Origin: a virus
Lineage: Duplodnaviria; Caudoviricetes
Reading direction: 5' to 3' (one strand)
Virus record (IMG/VR): IMGVR_UViG_3300042987_002196
Location: 1 to 55,939 of that record
DNA length: 55,939 nt
A program made the position numbers and the translations under genes. The notes beneath the pieces are model-generated. The model had not been told where the DNA came from. It did not search any database and saw only the letters and a program-made list of their open reading frames with translations. Below are positions 17,019 to 26,284 of the stretch, piece by piece. Positions within the stretch are counted from its first letter, which is position 1; the number at the start of each line of letters is the position of its first letter.

Positions 17019-19003
17019 TGGACGAACTCAAAGAACAAAACCAGACACCCGAGGAAGATCGCGCTCTTGCTGATCTGACCGAAGAGCAAGTGGCCGCTGT
17101 CAGCGAAGCTATCGCTGAAGTTGTGGCCGAGCACATGGACGAAATCGTCGAGGACACGGTCGAGACATTAATGGGTGTCGACCCCGAGGCTGAGTCCGAT
17201 GCGCAGGAAATAGCCGAAGGTGGCGATCGCTCACTGGAGGGCAAGTACCAGCGCACCGAGGTCACTTCATTCTCCGAGCTTGAAGATCGAACTTTCGAGT
17301 TCCCCTTCAGCTCCGAGTATCCCGTGGCCCGGTACTTCGGCAACGAAGTTCTGAGCCACGAGATGGACGCCGCCGACCTCAGTCGCCTGAACGACGGCGC
17401 TCCACTGCTCTTCAACCACAACCCTGACAAGGTCGTGGGTGTCGTCGAGCGTGCCTGGATCGACGGCAAGAAGAAGCGGGGCTACGTCAAAGTACGTTTC
17501 TCCCGCAACAGCTTCGCCAAGGAAGTGATGGCTGATGTCAAAGATGGCGTTCTTCGGGGCGTCAGCTTTGGCTACTCCATCAACAAAATGGAGGAGCGAG
17601 GCGACAACTTCGTAGCTACTCAATGGAGTCCGTACGAAGTCTCGGTTTGTAGCATCGCTGCAGACCCGAGCGTCGGCCTTGGCCGGTCGCTTGCGATCGA
17701 CTCTGCGGCCACCGCCGCATCACCAACCCCTCAAGAACCTGAGGTTCACATGGAGAACACCACCCCTGACGTGGAGGTGATCCGGTCCAAGGCCGTCGAG
17801 GCCGAGCGCAGCCGTATCGCTTCCATCACCGCCCTCGGCGACAAGCACGGCATGACCGAGCTTGCACGCGAGCTCATCGACGGTGGCCGCAGCCTCGACG
17901 AGGCCCGTGCTGCCTTCCTCGAAAAAATCGACACCCGCAGCACCAAAGTGGAGCACCGCATCGCCGAGACCCAGGAAGTGGGTCTGAACGACAAAGAGAC
18001 CCGCAGCTACTCCTTCCTGCGTGCTCTGAACTACCTCGCCAACCCTGGCGACAAGCAGGCTGCTGAAGCCGCCGCTTTCGAGCGTGAGGTTTCTGACGCT
18101 GCTGCCAAGGCTTATGGCAAGCCCGCCAACGGTCTGATGGTGCCCAACGAGGTGCTCCGTCGTGACCTGAACGTCGGCACCGCAAGCGCCGGCGGCAACC
18201 TGGTTGCTACCGACCTGCTGGCCGGTTCGTTCATCGAGCTGCTCCGCAACAAGCTGGCTCTGGCCAACGTGGGCGCCACCGTGCTCAACGGCCTGCAGGG
18301 CAACATCGCAATTCCCAAACAGACCGGCGCGGCGACCGCGTACTGGGTCGGCGAGGGCAGCGCTCCTACCGAGAGCCAGGAAACCCTCGGTCAGGTGACC
18401 ATGTCGCCCAAGACTGTGGGCGCCTTCGTGGATTACAGCCGCCGCCTGCTGCTCCAGAGCTCCATCGACGTGGAGCAGATGGTGCGCAACGACCTGGCTC
18501 GCGTGATCGCTCTCGAGATCGACCGCGCTGGCATCTACGGCTCCGGCTCCAGCAACCAGCCCCTCGGCCTGGTGAACACCGTTGGCATCAACACCAAGGC
18601 TCTAACCGGCTACGGCACCTTCGCCGAGCTGATCGACATGGAGACCGAGGTGGCCAAGGACAACGCCGACGCCGGCTCGCTGTTCTACCTGATGAACGCT
18701 GCTGCTCGCGGCGCTCTCAAGTCCACCGCCAAGTCTGCCTCTGCTGTGGCTGCTGGCTTCGTGTACGAGAACAACGAGGTGAACGGCTATCCCGCCGTGA
18801 TCTCCAACCAGCTGGCCTTCGACGACATCATCTTCGGTGCCTTCGACCAGATGATCATGGGCCTGTGGTCCGGTCTGGATCTGACCCTCGATCCTTATGC
18901 CGGCGCCACCAGCGGCACCGTTCGCATCATTGCTCTGCAGGATGTGGACTTCGCTGTGAAGCAAGCTGGCGCCTTCTGCTACGGCACCGGCGCTCTGAGC
19001 TGA
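17018..19003 (+). CDS. Prohead protease-major capsid protein fusion (HK97 fold)
   Basis: LLFNHN and VSFGY...EVSVCSIAAD protease motifs, then AGGNLV...AYWVGEG capsid. Confidence 0.95.
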   Translation: MDELKEQNQTPEEDRALADLTEEQVAAVSEAIAEVVAEHMDEIVEDTVETLMGVDPEAESDAQEIAEGGDRSLEGKYQRTEVTSFSELEDRTFEFPFSSEYPVARYFGNEVLSHEMDAADLSRLNDGAPLLFNHNPDKVVGVVERAWIDGKKKRGYVKVRFSRNSFAKEVMADVKDGVLRGVSFGYSINKMEERGDNFVATQWSPYEVSVCSIAADPSVGLGRSLAIDSAATAASPTPQEPEVHMENTTPDVEVIRSKAVEAERSRIASITALGDKHGMTELARELIDGGRSLDEARAAFLEKIDTRSTKVEHRIAETQEVGLNDKETRSYSFLRALNYLANPGDKQAAEAAAFEREVSDAAAKAYGKPANGLMVPNEVLRRDLNVGTASAGGNLVATDLLAGSFIELLRNKLALANVGATVLNGLQGNIAIPKQTGAATAYWVGEGSAPTESQETLGQVTMSPKTVGAFVDYSRRLLLQSSIDVEQMVRNDLARVIALEIDRAGIYGSGSSNQPLGLVNTVGINTKALTGYGTFAELIDMETEVAKDNADAGSLFYLMNAAARGALKSTAKSASAVAAGFVYENNEVNGYPAVISNQLAFDDIIFGAFDQMIMGLWSGLDLTLDPYAGATSGTVRIIALQDVDFAVKQAGAFCYGTGALS

Positions 19004-19005
19004 GC

Positions 19006-20022
19006 ATGATCGCTGGGCTAATCGAGGCCAAGCGGAACTACAACCCCTCCCTGGTTTCGGCCGGGGAGGGCTTTCTGTTGGCGTACCGGTCTGAACCGAA
19101 AGACTTCAAGGTCAGCGAGATCATTCTTGCTGAGATGGATGCGGCGCAAAATGTGCTGCGCAACCAGCGCCTGAAGGTGCCTGGAATTGAGAAGGGATGC
19201 TCATTAGAGGATCCGCGGCTGTTTATGTACGGCGATTGTCCGTACATCGCGTTCTCGATCGCCCGGTATCGGCTTGAGCAAGGTTGGAAGTGCGTGCAGG
19301 CGTACGGCCGACTGATCAAGAAAAGCCGCAGCTGGAGCCTGACTGATGTGTGGGTACCGAAGTACGGTGTCAACGACTGGAGCAGCAAGGAAAAGAACTG
19401 GACGTTCTTCGAGGCTGAGGGTGCCCTGCGCTGCATCTACGACATGGGTGCGAGCGGCTGGGTCGTACTTGAACTTGATGGCGACGAGGTGGTGCAGGAG
19501 TGGAGGCACCCTCCCCTGCGCTGGCGCTGGGGCCGGATGAGCGGCGGCACGCCTGCTGTCGACTGGCAGGGCCAGAAGCTGACGATGTTTCACAGCTGGG
19601 AGAAACACCCGCGCCGCAGTCGGCTGTATCACGCCGCATGGGTGGCATTTGGTGCTACGGCGCCGCATGCGCCTTCGATGATGTCGACGGCACCGGTGCT
19701 GACTGCAAAAGAGGAATGGGGTGCGCCAGATGGTGCGCAGGGCTGGCAGCCGCTTTGCGTGTTCCCAGGCGGGCTTGAGGTGATTGGCCAGAAGGCACTG
19801 ATCGCCTACGGCAGGAACGACCTGGACTGCGCGATCGATGCGATCCGGGTGGAGCAGATGCGGCGCATCTCTACCGCCGTTTCGTCACGCGGCGAGGTAA
19901 GGATCCGCCTTACCGGAGATGTGATGATCAAGGGCCAGCCAGCCTGGGCTGGAACTGAAGTCGCTGTGCTGGCAAGCGATGCGGCTAGCCTGATTGCACG
20001 ACAGAAGGCGGTGCCGTTGTGA
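19006..20022 (+). CDS. GH130/GH43-like beta-propeller protein fused to a small post-capsid module
   Basis: NYNPSL, EDPRLF, EKNWTFF, SGGTP, VFPGGL, YGRND; likely start ATG 19006. Confidence 0.65.
   Translation: MIAGLIEAKRNYNPSLVSAGEGFLLAYRSEPKDFKVSEIILAEMDAAQNVLRNQRLKVPGIEKGCSLEDPRLFMYGDCPYIAFSIARYRLEQGWKCVQAYGRLIKKSRSWSLTDVWVPKYGVNDWSSKEKNWTFFEAEGALRCIYDMGASGWVVLELDGDEVVQEWRHPPLRWRWGRMSGGTPAVDWQGQKLTMFHSWEKHPRRSRLYHAAWVAFGATAPHAPSMMSTAPVLTAKEEWGAPDGAQGWQPLCVFPGGLEVIGQKALIAYGRNDLDCAIDAIRVEQMRRISTAVSSRGEVRIRLTGDVMIKGQPAWAGTEVAVLASDAASLIARQKAVPL
19045..19077 (+). terminator. Post-capsid terminator inside a coding sequence
   Basis: CCCTCCCTGG-TTTCGG-CCGGGGAGGG-CTTTCTG. Confidence 0.6.
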
Positions 20023-20450
20023 TCACCGAGAACCTTGGAATGTTCCTCGAGGATTTCGGGGTCACCTGTACGGCTGGCGTGGTGACGGCCAAGGGCATCC
20101 TCGACATGCCCAGCCAGATCGTGGCTGACGGGATGGTGCTGACCACCGACTACAAGTTGACAGTGCGGACGGCTGATTTTGGCGGTTTGCTTTATGGCGC
20201 CGGCATCACGGTGGACGGTGTCAATTACCAGGTGCGCGAGGCGCTGAAGGTCGACGATGGTGCAATGACCGAGCTGATGCTGACGAGGCTGGCGCCCGAA
20301 AGCAGCGCACCAGGTCAGGATCCGAGACAGTTCGGCCTGGCTGATCTGACTGATGTGAACATCACCAACGCCCAGCAAGGCGATGCGCTGATCTACGACG
20401 GATCAGAATGGGTGGACACCAATGAGATCGACGGCGGAGGCGCGAGCTGA
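20019..20450 (+). CDS. Head-tail adaptor (gpFII-like) with C-terminal extension
   Basis: GILDMP...YKLTV...ITVDGVNYQVR...DDG; position in head module. Confidence 0.75.
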   Translation: MITENLGMFLEDFGVTCTAGVVTAKGILDMPSQIVADGMVLTTDYKLTVRTADFGGLLYGAGITVDGVNYQVREALKVDDGAMTELMLTRLAPESSAPGQDPRQFGLADLTDVNITNAQQGDALIYDGSEWVDTNEIDGGGAS

Positions 20451-21568
20451 TGGCTACTACTCGCCAACGGATCAAGCTGCGGCGCGATACAGCGGCGAAC
20501 TGGACGGCGGCCAATCCCGTGTTGGCTGCTGGTGAGCTGGGCTACGAGACCGATACGAAGCAGGCCAAGATCGGCAATGGCAGCTCGACCTGGAGTCAGC
20601 TTGAGTATGCGCCGCTGAACCGCAATCCAACTCTTCAGTCGATTCAGCTACTGACGACGGGCGGTAACGCGGACAATGCCGGTGAGCTGGCCTGGAACGA
20701 GGACGAGCAGACGCTTGATGTCGCCAAGGGTGGCGGCACGGTGCTGCAGGTCGGCCAAGAGATGTCCTTCCTGGTTCACAACAACACTGCCAACACCATC
20801 GCGAACGGTGCTGCGGTGATGTATGTGGGCACCAACGGCAACAGCGGCCGACTGCAGGTGGCGCCAATGATCGCCAACGGCACGCTGCCTGGGCATGTGT
20901 TCCTTGGCGTGATGACCGAGGAAGTGCCCGCGGGTGGCGATGGGTTTGTCACGACCTTCGGCAAGGTGCGCGGCATCAATACCAGCGCGTATCCCGAGGA
21001 TTCAATTCTGTATTGCGACCCTGCCAACCCTGGCGGCTATGTGACCGCCGAACCTGATGGGCCGAACCTGAAGCTGTCGGTGGCGGCGGTGATTAGCTCA
21101 GCCAATAACGGCACGATCTTCGTGCGTGCAGCGACTGGTCAGTTCTTGAAGGACTGCCACGATGTTGTGACCAGCGACGCTCACGACGGCGATGTGCTGA
21201 CCTGGATTGATCCGATGAACCGCTGGGAGCATCGGCCGCCTGTGAATGGCAGCGCTCCTCGCAGCGTCACGATCGCCGGTCCGCAGGTCAATGACAGCTT
21301 CACGCTGTTCCGTACATCCCGCGAGACCACGATCAGCAGCGTGGTTGGCTTGGTGTCAGGCGGATCCGTCACCTACGAGCTGCGCTATGCGGCCGATCGC
21401 ACCACTGCGGGCACACTGGCGACCGTTTCTGACACGGTGACGAACACCACCACTGGCGATGCCGCCACGGTGCAGAACCAGCCGATTCCAGCCGACCGCT
21501 GGGTATGGCTGAAAATCACGGGCGTCACCGGCACCGTGGCTGAGTTCAGTTTGTCGGTGGCGTTCTGA
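20450..21568 (+). CDS. Fibre protein with Mtd/hyaluronidase-type N-terminal domain
   Basis: RIKLRRDTAANWTAANPVLAAGELGYETDT..KIGNG. Confidence 0.8.
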   Translation: MATTRQRIKLRRDTAANWTAANPVLAAGELGYETDTKQAKIGNGSSTWSQLEYAPLNRNPTLQSIQLLTTGGNADNAGELAWNEDEQTLDVAKGGGTVLQVGQEMSFLVHNNTANTIANGAAVMYVGTNGNSGRLQVAPMIANGTLPGHVFLGVMTEEVPAGGDGFVTTFGKVRGINTSAYPEDSILYCDPANPGGYVTAEPDGPNLKLSVAAVISSANNGTIFVRAATGQFLKDCHDVVTSDAHDGDVLTWIDPMNRWEHRPPVNGSAPRSVTIAGPQVNDSFTLFRTSRETTISSVVGLVSGGSVTYELRYAADRTTAGTLATVSDTVTNTTTGDAATVQNQPIPADRWVWLKITGVTGTVAEFSLSVAF

Positions 21569-21603
21569 CCTAGACTGACCCCAACAGAGGAGCCCTTCGA
21601 TTC

Positions 21604-22023
21604 ATGGCAACCTTTACCAAGTTCAACTCCTTCGTAGAGGCGCTTGCCGAGAAGGTCCACAACCTCGGCAGCGACACGCTGACGGTGGCGCTGACCAATA
21701 CGCTGCCCGTGAACACGAACACGCAGCTGAGCAACATCACGCAGATCAGCTACACCAACATTCAGAACGGCACTACCACCGGCCGCAACCTGACTGGCGT
21801 AACTTCGGCGCAGACCAGCGGCACCTACAAGTTGGATGCCAACGATCTGGTGCTCACAGCGACGGGCACGGTTCCCGACTTCAGGTACGTTGTGCTGTAC
21901 AACTCCACAGCTACCAACGGCGAGCTGATCGGGTTCTACGACTATGGCGCGACCGTTTCGCTTCAGAACGGCGAGACCTTCACGATCACCTGGGACGCTG
22001 CTGGCATCCTGACCTTGGCCTGA
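21604..22023 (+). CDS. Conserved phage structural protein
   Basis: Strong GAGGAG RBS; Thr-rich beta protein in virion module. Confidence 0.8.
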   Translation: MATFTKFNSFVEALAEKVHNLGSDTLTVALTNTLPVNTNTQLSNITQISYTNIQNGTTTGRNLTGVTSAQTSGTYKLDANDLVLTATGTVPDFRYVVLYNSTATNGELIGFYDYGATVSLQNGETFTITWDAAGILTLA

Positions 22024-22048
22024 TTTACCTGAGTGACGGAGGCGGACC

Positions 22049-24067
22049 GTGGCTGTAGCCCATAGCGCTGCCTCCGAGAGCCACACAGGTACAACAGGCT
22101 CAACTAACCAGGCGTCATTCAGCTGGACGCACACGCAAAGCGGCACGCCGCAGGGTGTGCTCGTTTTTGTTCACACGATCAGCGCCAGCGATTTCATCAC
22201 GTCGGTCACCTATGGCGGCACGGCACTGACTCGTGTCGCTGGCGCGGTCGCGATCGACTCGGCCGGTGAGCCTGGTCGCACCGACATGTTCTTCTTGGGC
22301 TCCGGGCTTGGCACCGGCAACCAGACGATCACGGTCAACCGGACCAATAACGCCACGGTCATGTATGCGTCGGCGGCGACCGTTACCGCCGCGACAAACA
22401 CCACCTGGGCCGGCGTTCAGATCAGGGAGGGTGACCAAGCGCTGGCGGTGGTCTCCATCGACGATGGAAGCGTCGGCGTTAACAGCCTGCGCTATGCCGC
22501 CACCTATTCCGGCCTGGCGACGCCACCGGGAGCCGGCACTGGCAGCACGGCTCTGACCAGCATTGACTTTGGCCAGTTCGGCGCCGCGATGGTCCGCGAG
22601 ACCACGGCGGGGCAAGGTGCTCGGAACGTTGGCTTCAGTGCCGGCTCAGATGACGTGGCTGCGGTCTATTTCGCGGTCCGCGAGCTGGTCAACCGGACTG
22701 AGACGCCGATCGTCGGCGACTTCACGCTGACAGGCAATGCCGCAGACCTCACGCGCAATCGTGTGATGACCGGCGAGCGCGGTGCGTTCACGCTTACGGG
22801 CAACCCGGCCGACACGCGGCACAACATCAACATTGCCGGCGAGACTGGCCTGTTTGCGCTGGTCGGCAACGACGCCACGCTTCAGCACCAGCACCAGCTG
22901 GCGGCGGACACCGGATCGTTCGCGCTGGTCGGCAACGACGCCACTTTTTCGATAGCAGCGGCCGAGGAGCTGCAGGCAGAAGCTGGCACCTTTGCCCTGG
23001 ACGGAAAGGCTGCCTCATTCAGCCGCACCTACTCGATCACGGCCGAGGCCGGCACGTTCGACCTTGTAGGCCATCCTGCCGGACTGGCTGACACCGACGA
23101 GTTGGCGGGCCAGACGGGCGCCTTCACGCTGACGGGCGGCGAACCAAGCCTGACCCGCAGCTACTCGCTGGTCGTTGAGGCTGGATCCTTTGCCTTGGTA
23201 GGCAACAATGCCGCTCTGCTACATGATCATGATCTGGCGGCCGACGCTGGATCGTTCGCGCTTAGCGGTGGCGAGCCCGCCCTGCTCCGCGGCTACTACC
23301 TCAGCGGCGGCGCCGGCACGTTCATCGAGACCGGGCAGTCGGTCACCTTCAGTCGCACCTGGGCGCTGGGCGCCGACGCTGGGCAGTTCTCGCTCACCGG
23401 CCAGCCCGCAGTGCTCACCACGCTGGGCGCATTTGAAATCGACCCGATCGTCGGCAGCTTTGCGCTGACAGGCCAACAGGCCGGATTGGCTCACAACCGC
23501 CTCTTCGGCGTCGACGCAGGCGGCTACAGCGTCACCGGCCAGCAGGCGAATTTCACGCAAAGTCAGGCTGTCGCTGCAGAAGCTGGGCAGTTTCAACTAG
23601 ACGGCCAACCAGTTGACCTTGTTCGCAGCTATGTGCTGCCGGTCGACAGCGGCAACTTCAGCTTCACCGGCCAGTCCATTACCTTTGCCGACAGTGAGCA
23701 GTTGGCGGCTGAGGCCGGCCAGTTCCTGCTCACAGGCGGCGGAGTCGCGATTTCGCGCAGCCATGTGCTGTCGGCTGACACGGGCGCGTTTGCGCTCAGT
23801 GGCGGCAATGCTGCATTTGCAACAAGCCGCACCCTATTTGCCGCAAATGCAGCATTCACGCTCACAGGTCGGCCGGCGGTCTTCAACCGCACCCGTGTTG
23901 TGCAGGCCAGTGCTGGCGTTTTCGCTCTCACCGGCAACAGCGCTGCGTTGACCGAGACGGGTGCCTTTGAGCTGCCGGCTGATGCTGGAACGTTTGCATT
24001 CACCGGCAATGCTGCAACGCTGGAGAAAACCAGCACAGCACGGCGCCGCAACGTGCTGATCTTCTAG
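22049..24067 (+). CDS. Repetitive fibre-like virion protein
   Basis: About 20 repeats of (D/E)xGxFxLxG with ~21-aa period. Confidence 0.8.
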   Translation: MAVAHSAASESHTGTTGSTNQASFSWTHTQSGTPQGVLVFVHTISASDFITSVTYGGTALTRVAGAVAIDSAGEPGRTDMFFLGSGLGTGNQTITVNRTNNATVMYASAATVTAATNTTWAGVQIREGDQALAVVSIDDGSVGVNSLRYAATYSGLATPPGAGTGSTALTSIDFGQFGAAMVRETTAGQGARNVGFSAGSDDVAAVYFAVRELVNRTETPIVGDFTLTGNAADLTRNRVMTGERGAFTLTGNPADTRHNINIAGETGLFALVGNDATLQHQHQLAADTGSFALVGNDATFSIAAAEELQAEAGTFALDGKAASFSRTYSITAEAGTFDLVGHPAGLADTDELAGQTGAFTLTGGEPSLTRSYSLVVEAGSFALVGNNAALLHDHDLAADAGSFALSGGEPALLRGYYLSGGAGTFIETGQSVTFSRTWALGADAGQFSLTGQPAVLTTLGAFEIDPIVGSFALTGQQAGLAHNRLFGVDAGGYSVTGQQANFTQSQAVAAEAGQFQLDGQPVDLVRSYVLPVDSGNFSFTGQSITFADSEQLAAEAGQFLLTGGGVAISRSHVLSADTGAFALSGGNAAFATSRTLFAANAAFTLTGRPAVFNRTRVVQASAGVFALTGNSAALTETGAFELPADAGTFAFTGNAATLEKTSTARRRNVLIF

Positions 24068-24122
24068 CAATGTCCCGGAATTGCCCGCGCTTCGACCTGT
24101 CGAATGCAGCTAATCTGAAGCC

Positions 24123-24545
24123 ATGACCAAGCGCGAACAGATCCTGGCCGCAATCCGATCGGCCCTCAATGGCACCACTGGTGTCGGCAACAGGATCTAT
24201 CGCAGCCGGGTCGAGCCAATGGCACGGCAGGAGAGCCCAGCGATTGTTGTCGAGCCGCTTGAAGACACCGCACAGCAGAACACCAGCCTGCCAACCCTGG
24301 ACTGGTCACTGACCGTGCGCGTGGCAGTAGTCGTGCGGGCCAATGTCCCTGATCAGGCTGCGGATCCGATTGTGGAATCGCTGCACAGCAAAGTGATGGC
24401 TGACTTAACCCTTGGCGGGCTTGCCATGGACATCCAGCCGTTGCGAGTAGAGTTCCAAACAGTCGAGGCTGATCAACCGGCGGGTGTCGTCATGTGCGAT
24501 TACCTTGTTCGGTACAGATCCTCTGTCACCAACCTGGCGGCTTAA
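24123..24545 (+). CDS. Tail terminator (gpU-like)
   Basis: REQILAAI...IYRSR...PAIVV...ADLTLGGLA; upstream of tail tube. Confidence 0.75.
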   Translation: MTKREQILAAIRSALNGTTGVGNRIYRSRVEPMARQESPAIVVEPLEDTAQQNTSLPTLDWSLTVRVAVVVRANVPDQAADPIVESLHSKVMADLTLGGLAMDIQPLRVEFQTVEADQPAGVVMCDYLVRYRSSVTNLAA

Positions 24546-24727
24546 TGATGGCTACCACGACCGATGAATACCATGGGCAAGGAGGCACATACCTCCAAGA
24601 CCCCAAAACCGGCAAGCGGAAGCTCATCGAGCGTACTGAGCCGGCCATCACCCCCGCTCACGCAACTCCTGAGGTAATCACCGATGGCTCTGCTGACCCG
24701 CAAGCGCCTGATTCTGGCGAAGACTGA
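24545..24727 (+). CDS. Small hypothetical protein
   Basis: DEYHGQGGTYLQDPKTGKRKLIERT; TAATG coupling. Confidence 0.6.
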   Translation: MMATTTDEYHGQGGTYLQDPKTGKRKLIERTEPAITPAHATPEVITDGSADPQAPDSGED

Positions 24728-25616
24728 ATCGACTTACGCCACCGACAGCACGCCTGCCGGCACTGATGCGATTCTGGTCCGCAATCTCGAGATCACCCCG
24801 CTCGATGCTGACACCGTCAGCCGCGACCTGATCCGCCCCTACCTGGGCAACTCCGAGCAGCTGCTCGCCAACACCCGCGTCGGCATCACCTTTGAGGTGG
24901 AACTGGCTGGTTCCGGCACTGCTGGCACCGCTCCGAAGTACGGCTCTCTACTGAAAGCCTGCGGCTTCTCTGAAACCGTCGTGGCTACCACCAGCGTGAC
25001 CTATGCGCCGGTGAGCTCCAGCTTCTCCAGCGCCACCATCTACTTCAACAACGATGGTGTACTGCACAAGGCGACCGGCTGTCGCGGCACCTTCACGATG
25101 ACCTGCAACCTGAATGAGATCCCGGTGATCTCGTTCACGATGACCGGCATCTACAACGCCCCAACCGACACTGCCGCTCCGTCTGTCACCTACTCGGCTC
25201 AGGCCACACCGCTGATCTTCAAGGAAGGCAACACCTCCGCGTTCAGCCTGCTGAGCTACAGCGGCTGCCTGATGAACTGCAGCTTCGACATCGCCAACGA
25301 GGTGGTGTACCGCGAGCTGATTGGCTGCACCAAGTCTGTCCTGATCACCAACCGCGCCCCCGCTGGTGAGGTCGTGATTGAAGCGCCCACCATTGCGCAA
25401 AAGGACTACTTCACGATCGCCAACAACAACACCACCGGCAGCCTGACCTTCGCGCACGGCACTACGGCTGGCAATATCGTGACCTTCACCGCACAGAAGG
25501 TCGACATTGGCAACCCCACGTATAGTGACAGCGACGGCATCCAGATGCTGAACCTGCCTTACGTGGCCATTCCCACCAGCGCAGGTAACGACGAGGTTTC
25601 GCTCGTTTACACCTGA
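24684..25616 (+). CDS. Major tail tube protein
   Basis: ILAKTESTY..D, FEVELAGSG, LLKACG; precedes chaperones and tape measure. Confidence 0.88.
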   Translation: MALLTRKRLILAKTESTYATDSTPAGTDAILVRNLEITPLDADTVSRDLIRPYLGNSEQLLANTRVGITFEVELAGSGTAGTAPKYGSLLKACGFSETVVATTSVTYAPVSSSFSSATIYFNNDGVLHKATGCRGTFTMTCNLNEIPVISFTMTGIYNAPTDTAAPSVTYSAQATPLIFKEGNTSAFSLLSYSGCLMNCSFDIANEVVYRELIGCTKSVLITNRAPAGEVVIEAPTIAQKDYFTIANNNTTGSLTFAHGTTAGNIVTFTAQKVDIGNPTYSDSDGIQMLNLPYVAIPTSAGNDEVSLVYT

Positions 25617-25634
25617 TCACCGGAGCACCCCTGC

Positions 25635-25961
25635 ATGGCATTCGTCCGCAAGAAGTCTTCGACCTTCAAATGGCCGGTCACCGTCGAATCACCCGTCGAC
25701 GGCGGCCGGTTTGAGAACGAGACCTTCGATGCTGTTTTCAAGCGCATCGGTCGTTCTGAATTTCAGAAGCTGATCGATAAAGGCGACATCGAGTTGATCG
25801 AGGCCGTCCTCCAGGGCTGGGAAGGCATCACGGACGAAGCCGGCAAGGAGCTGCCTTTCACCAAGGCCACCGTCAAGGAGCAGCTGGATGATCCCTACTT
25901 CACCCGTGGGATCATCGCTGCCTATCTGGCAAGCCTGGAAGGCAGCAAAGCAAAAAACTAG
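25635..25961 (+). CDS. Tail assembly chaperone (gpG-like)
   Basis: Position; ends GCA AAA AAC TAG slippery site. Confidence 0.88.
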   Translation: MAFVRKKSSTFKWPVTVESPVDGGRFENETFDAVFKRIGRSEFQKLIDKGDIELIEAVLQGWEGITDEAGKELPFTKATVKEQLDDPYFTRGIIAAYLASLEGSKAKN

Positions 25962-26284
25962 AGGAGGCGGCCCGCCACTGGGCCGCAGGTGGATCGGTGA
26001 AGGATGACACGGAGGACGATGCCAGGTTGATGGGTGTCGTCCTCCCTGAACCTGAGCCGGAAAAGGATTTTGAAGTCTGGGACGAGAACTGGGACATCGT
26101 AATGATGTTCATGCGCATGCAGACGCAGTGGAACGTCGTCATGGGTGGCTTCACAGGCTTGAAGTACGAGGTGCTCCGGTGGCTGTGCGACCTATACTCT
26201 GTTGAGGATCCAAAGGCCATGCTGGAGGGCATCCAGGTCATGGAAGCGGCCGCTCTTCAGGTGCTGAACGACCATGGCAAATGA
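25952..26284 (+). CDS. gpGT-like extension via -1 frameshift at A AAA AAC
   Basis: -1 frame is open from the slippery site: LEEAARHWAAGG...TQWNVVMGGFTGLKYE. Confidence 0.85.
   Translation, partial: KKLEEAARHWAAGGSVKDDTEDDARLMGVVLPEPEPEKDFEVWDENWDIVMMFMRMQTQWNVVMGGFTGLKYEVLRWLCDLYSVEDPKAMLEGIQVMEAAALQVLNDHGK

Noticed and set aside
18865-19005. Capsid frameshift or read-through into the propeller gene
   Set aside because: No slippery heptamer seen, frames differ, and an ATG at 19006 follows the MCP stop
20450-21568. Diversity-generating retroelement suggested by the Mtd-like N-terminus
   Set aside because: No reverse transcriptase and no TR/VR pair seen
25952-25961. Tail chaperone frameshift as a novelty
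   Set aside because: Real but standard G/GT mechanism
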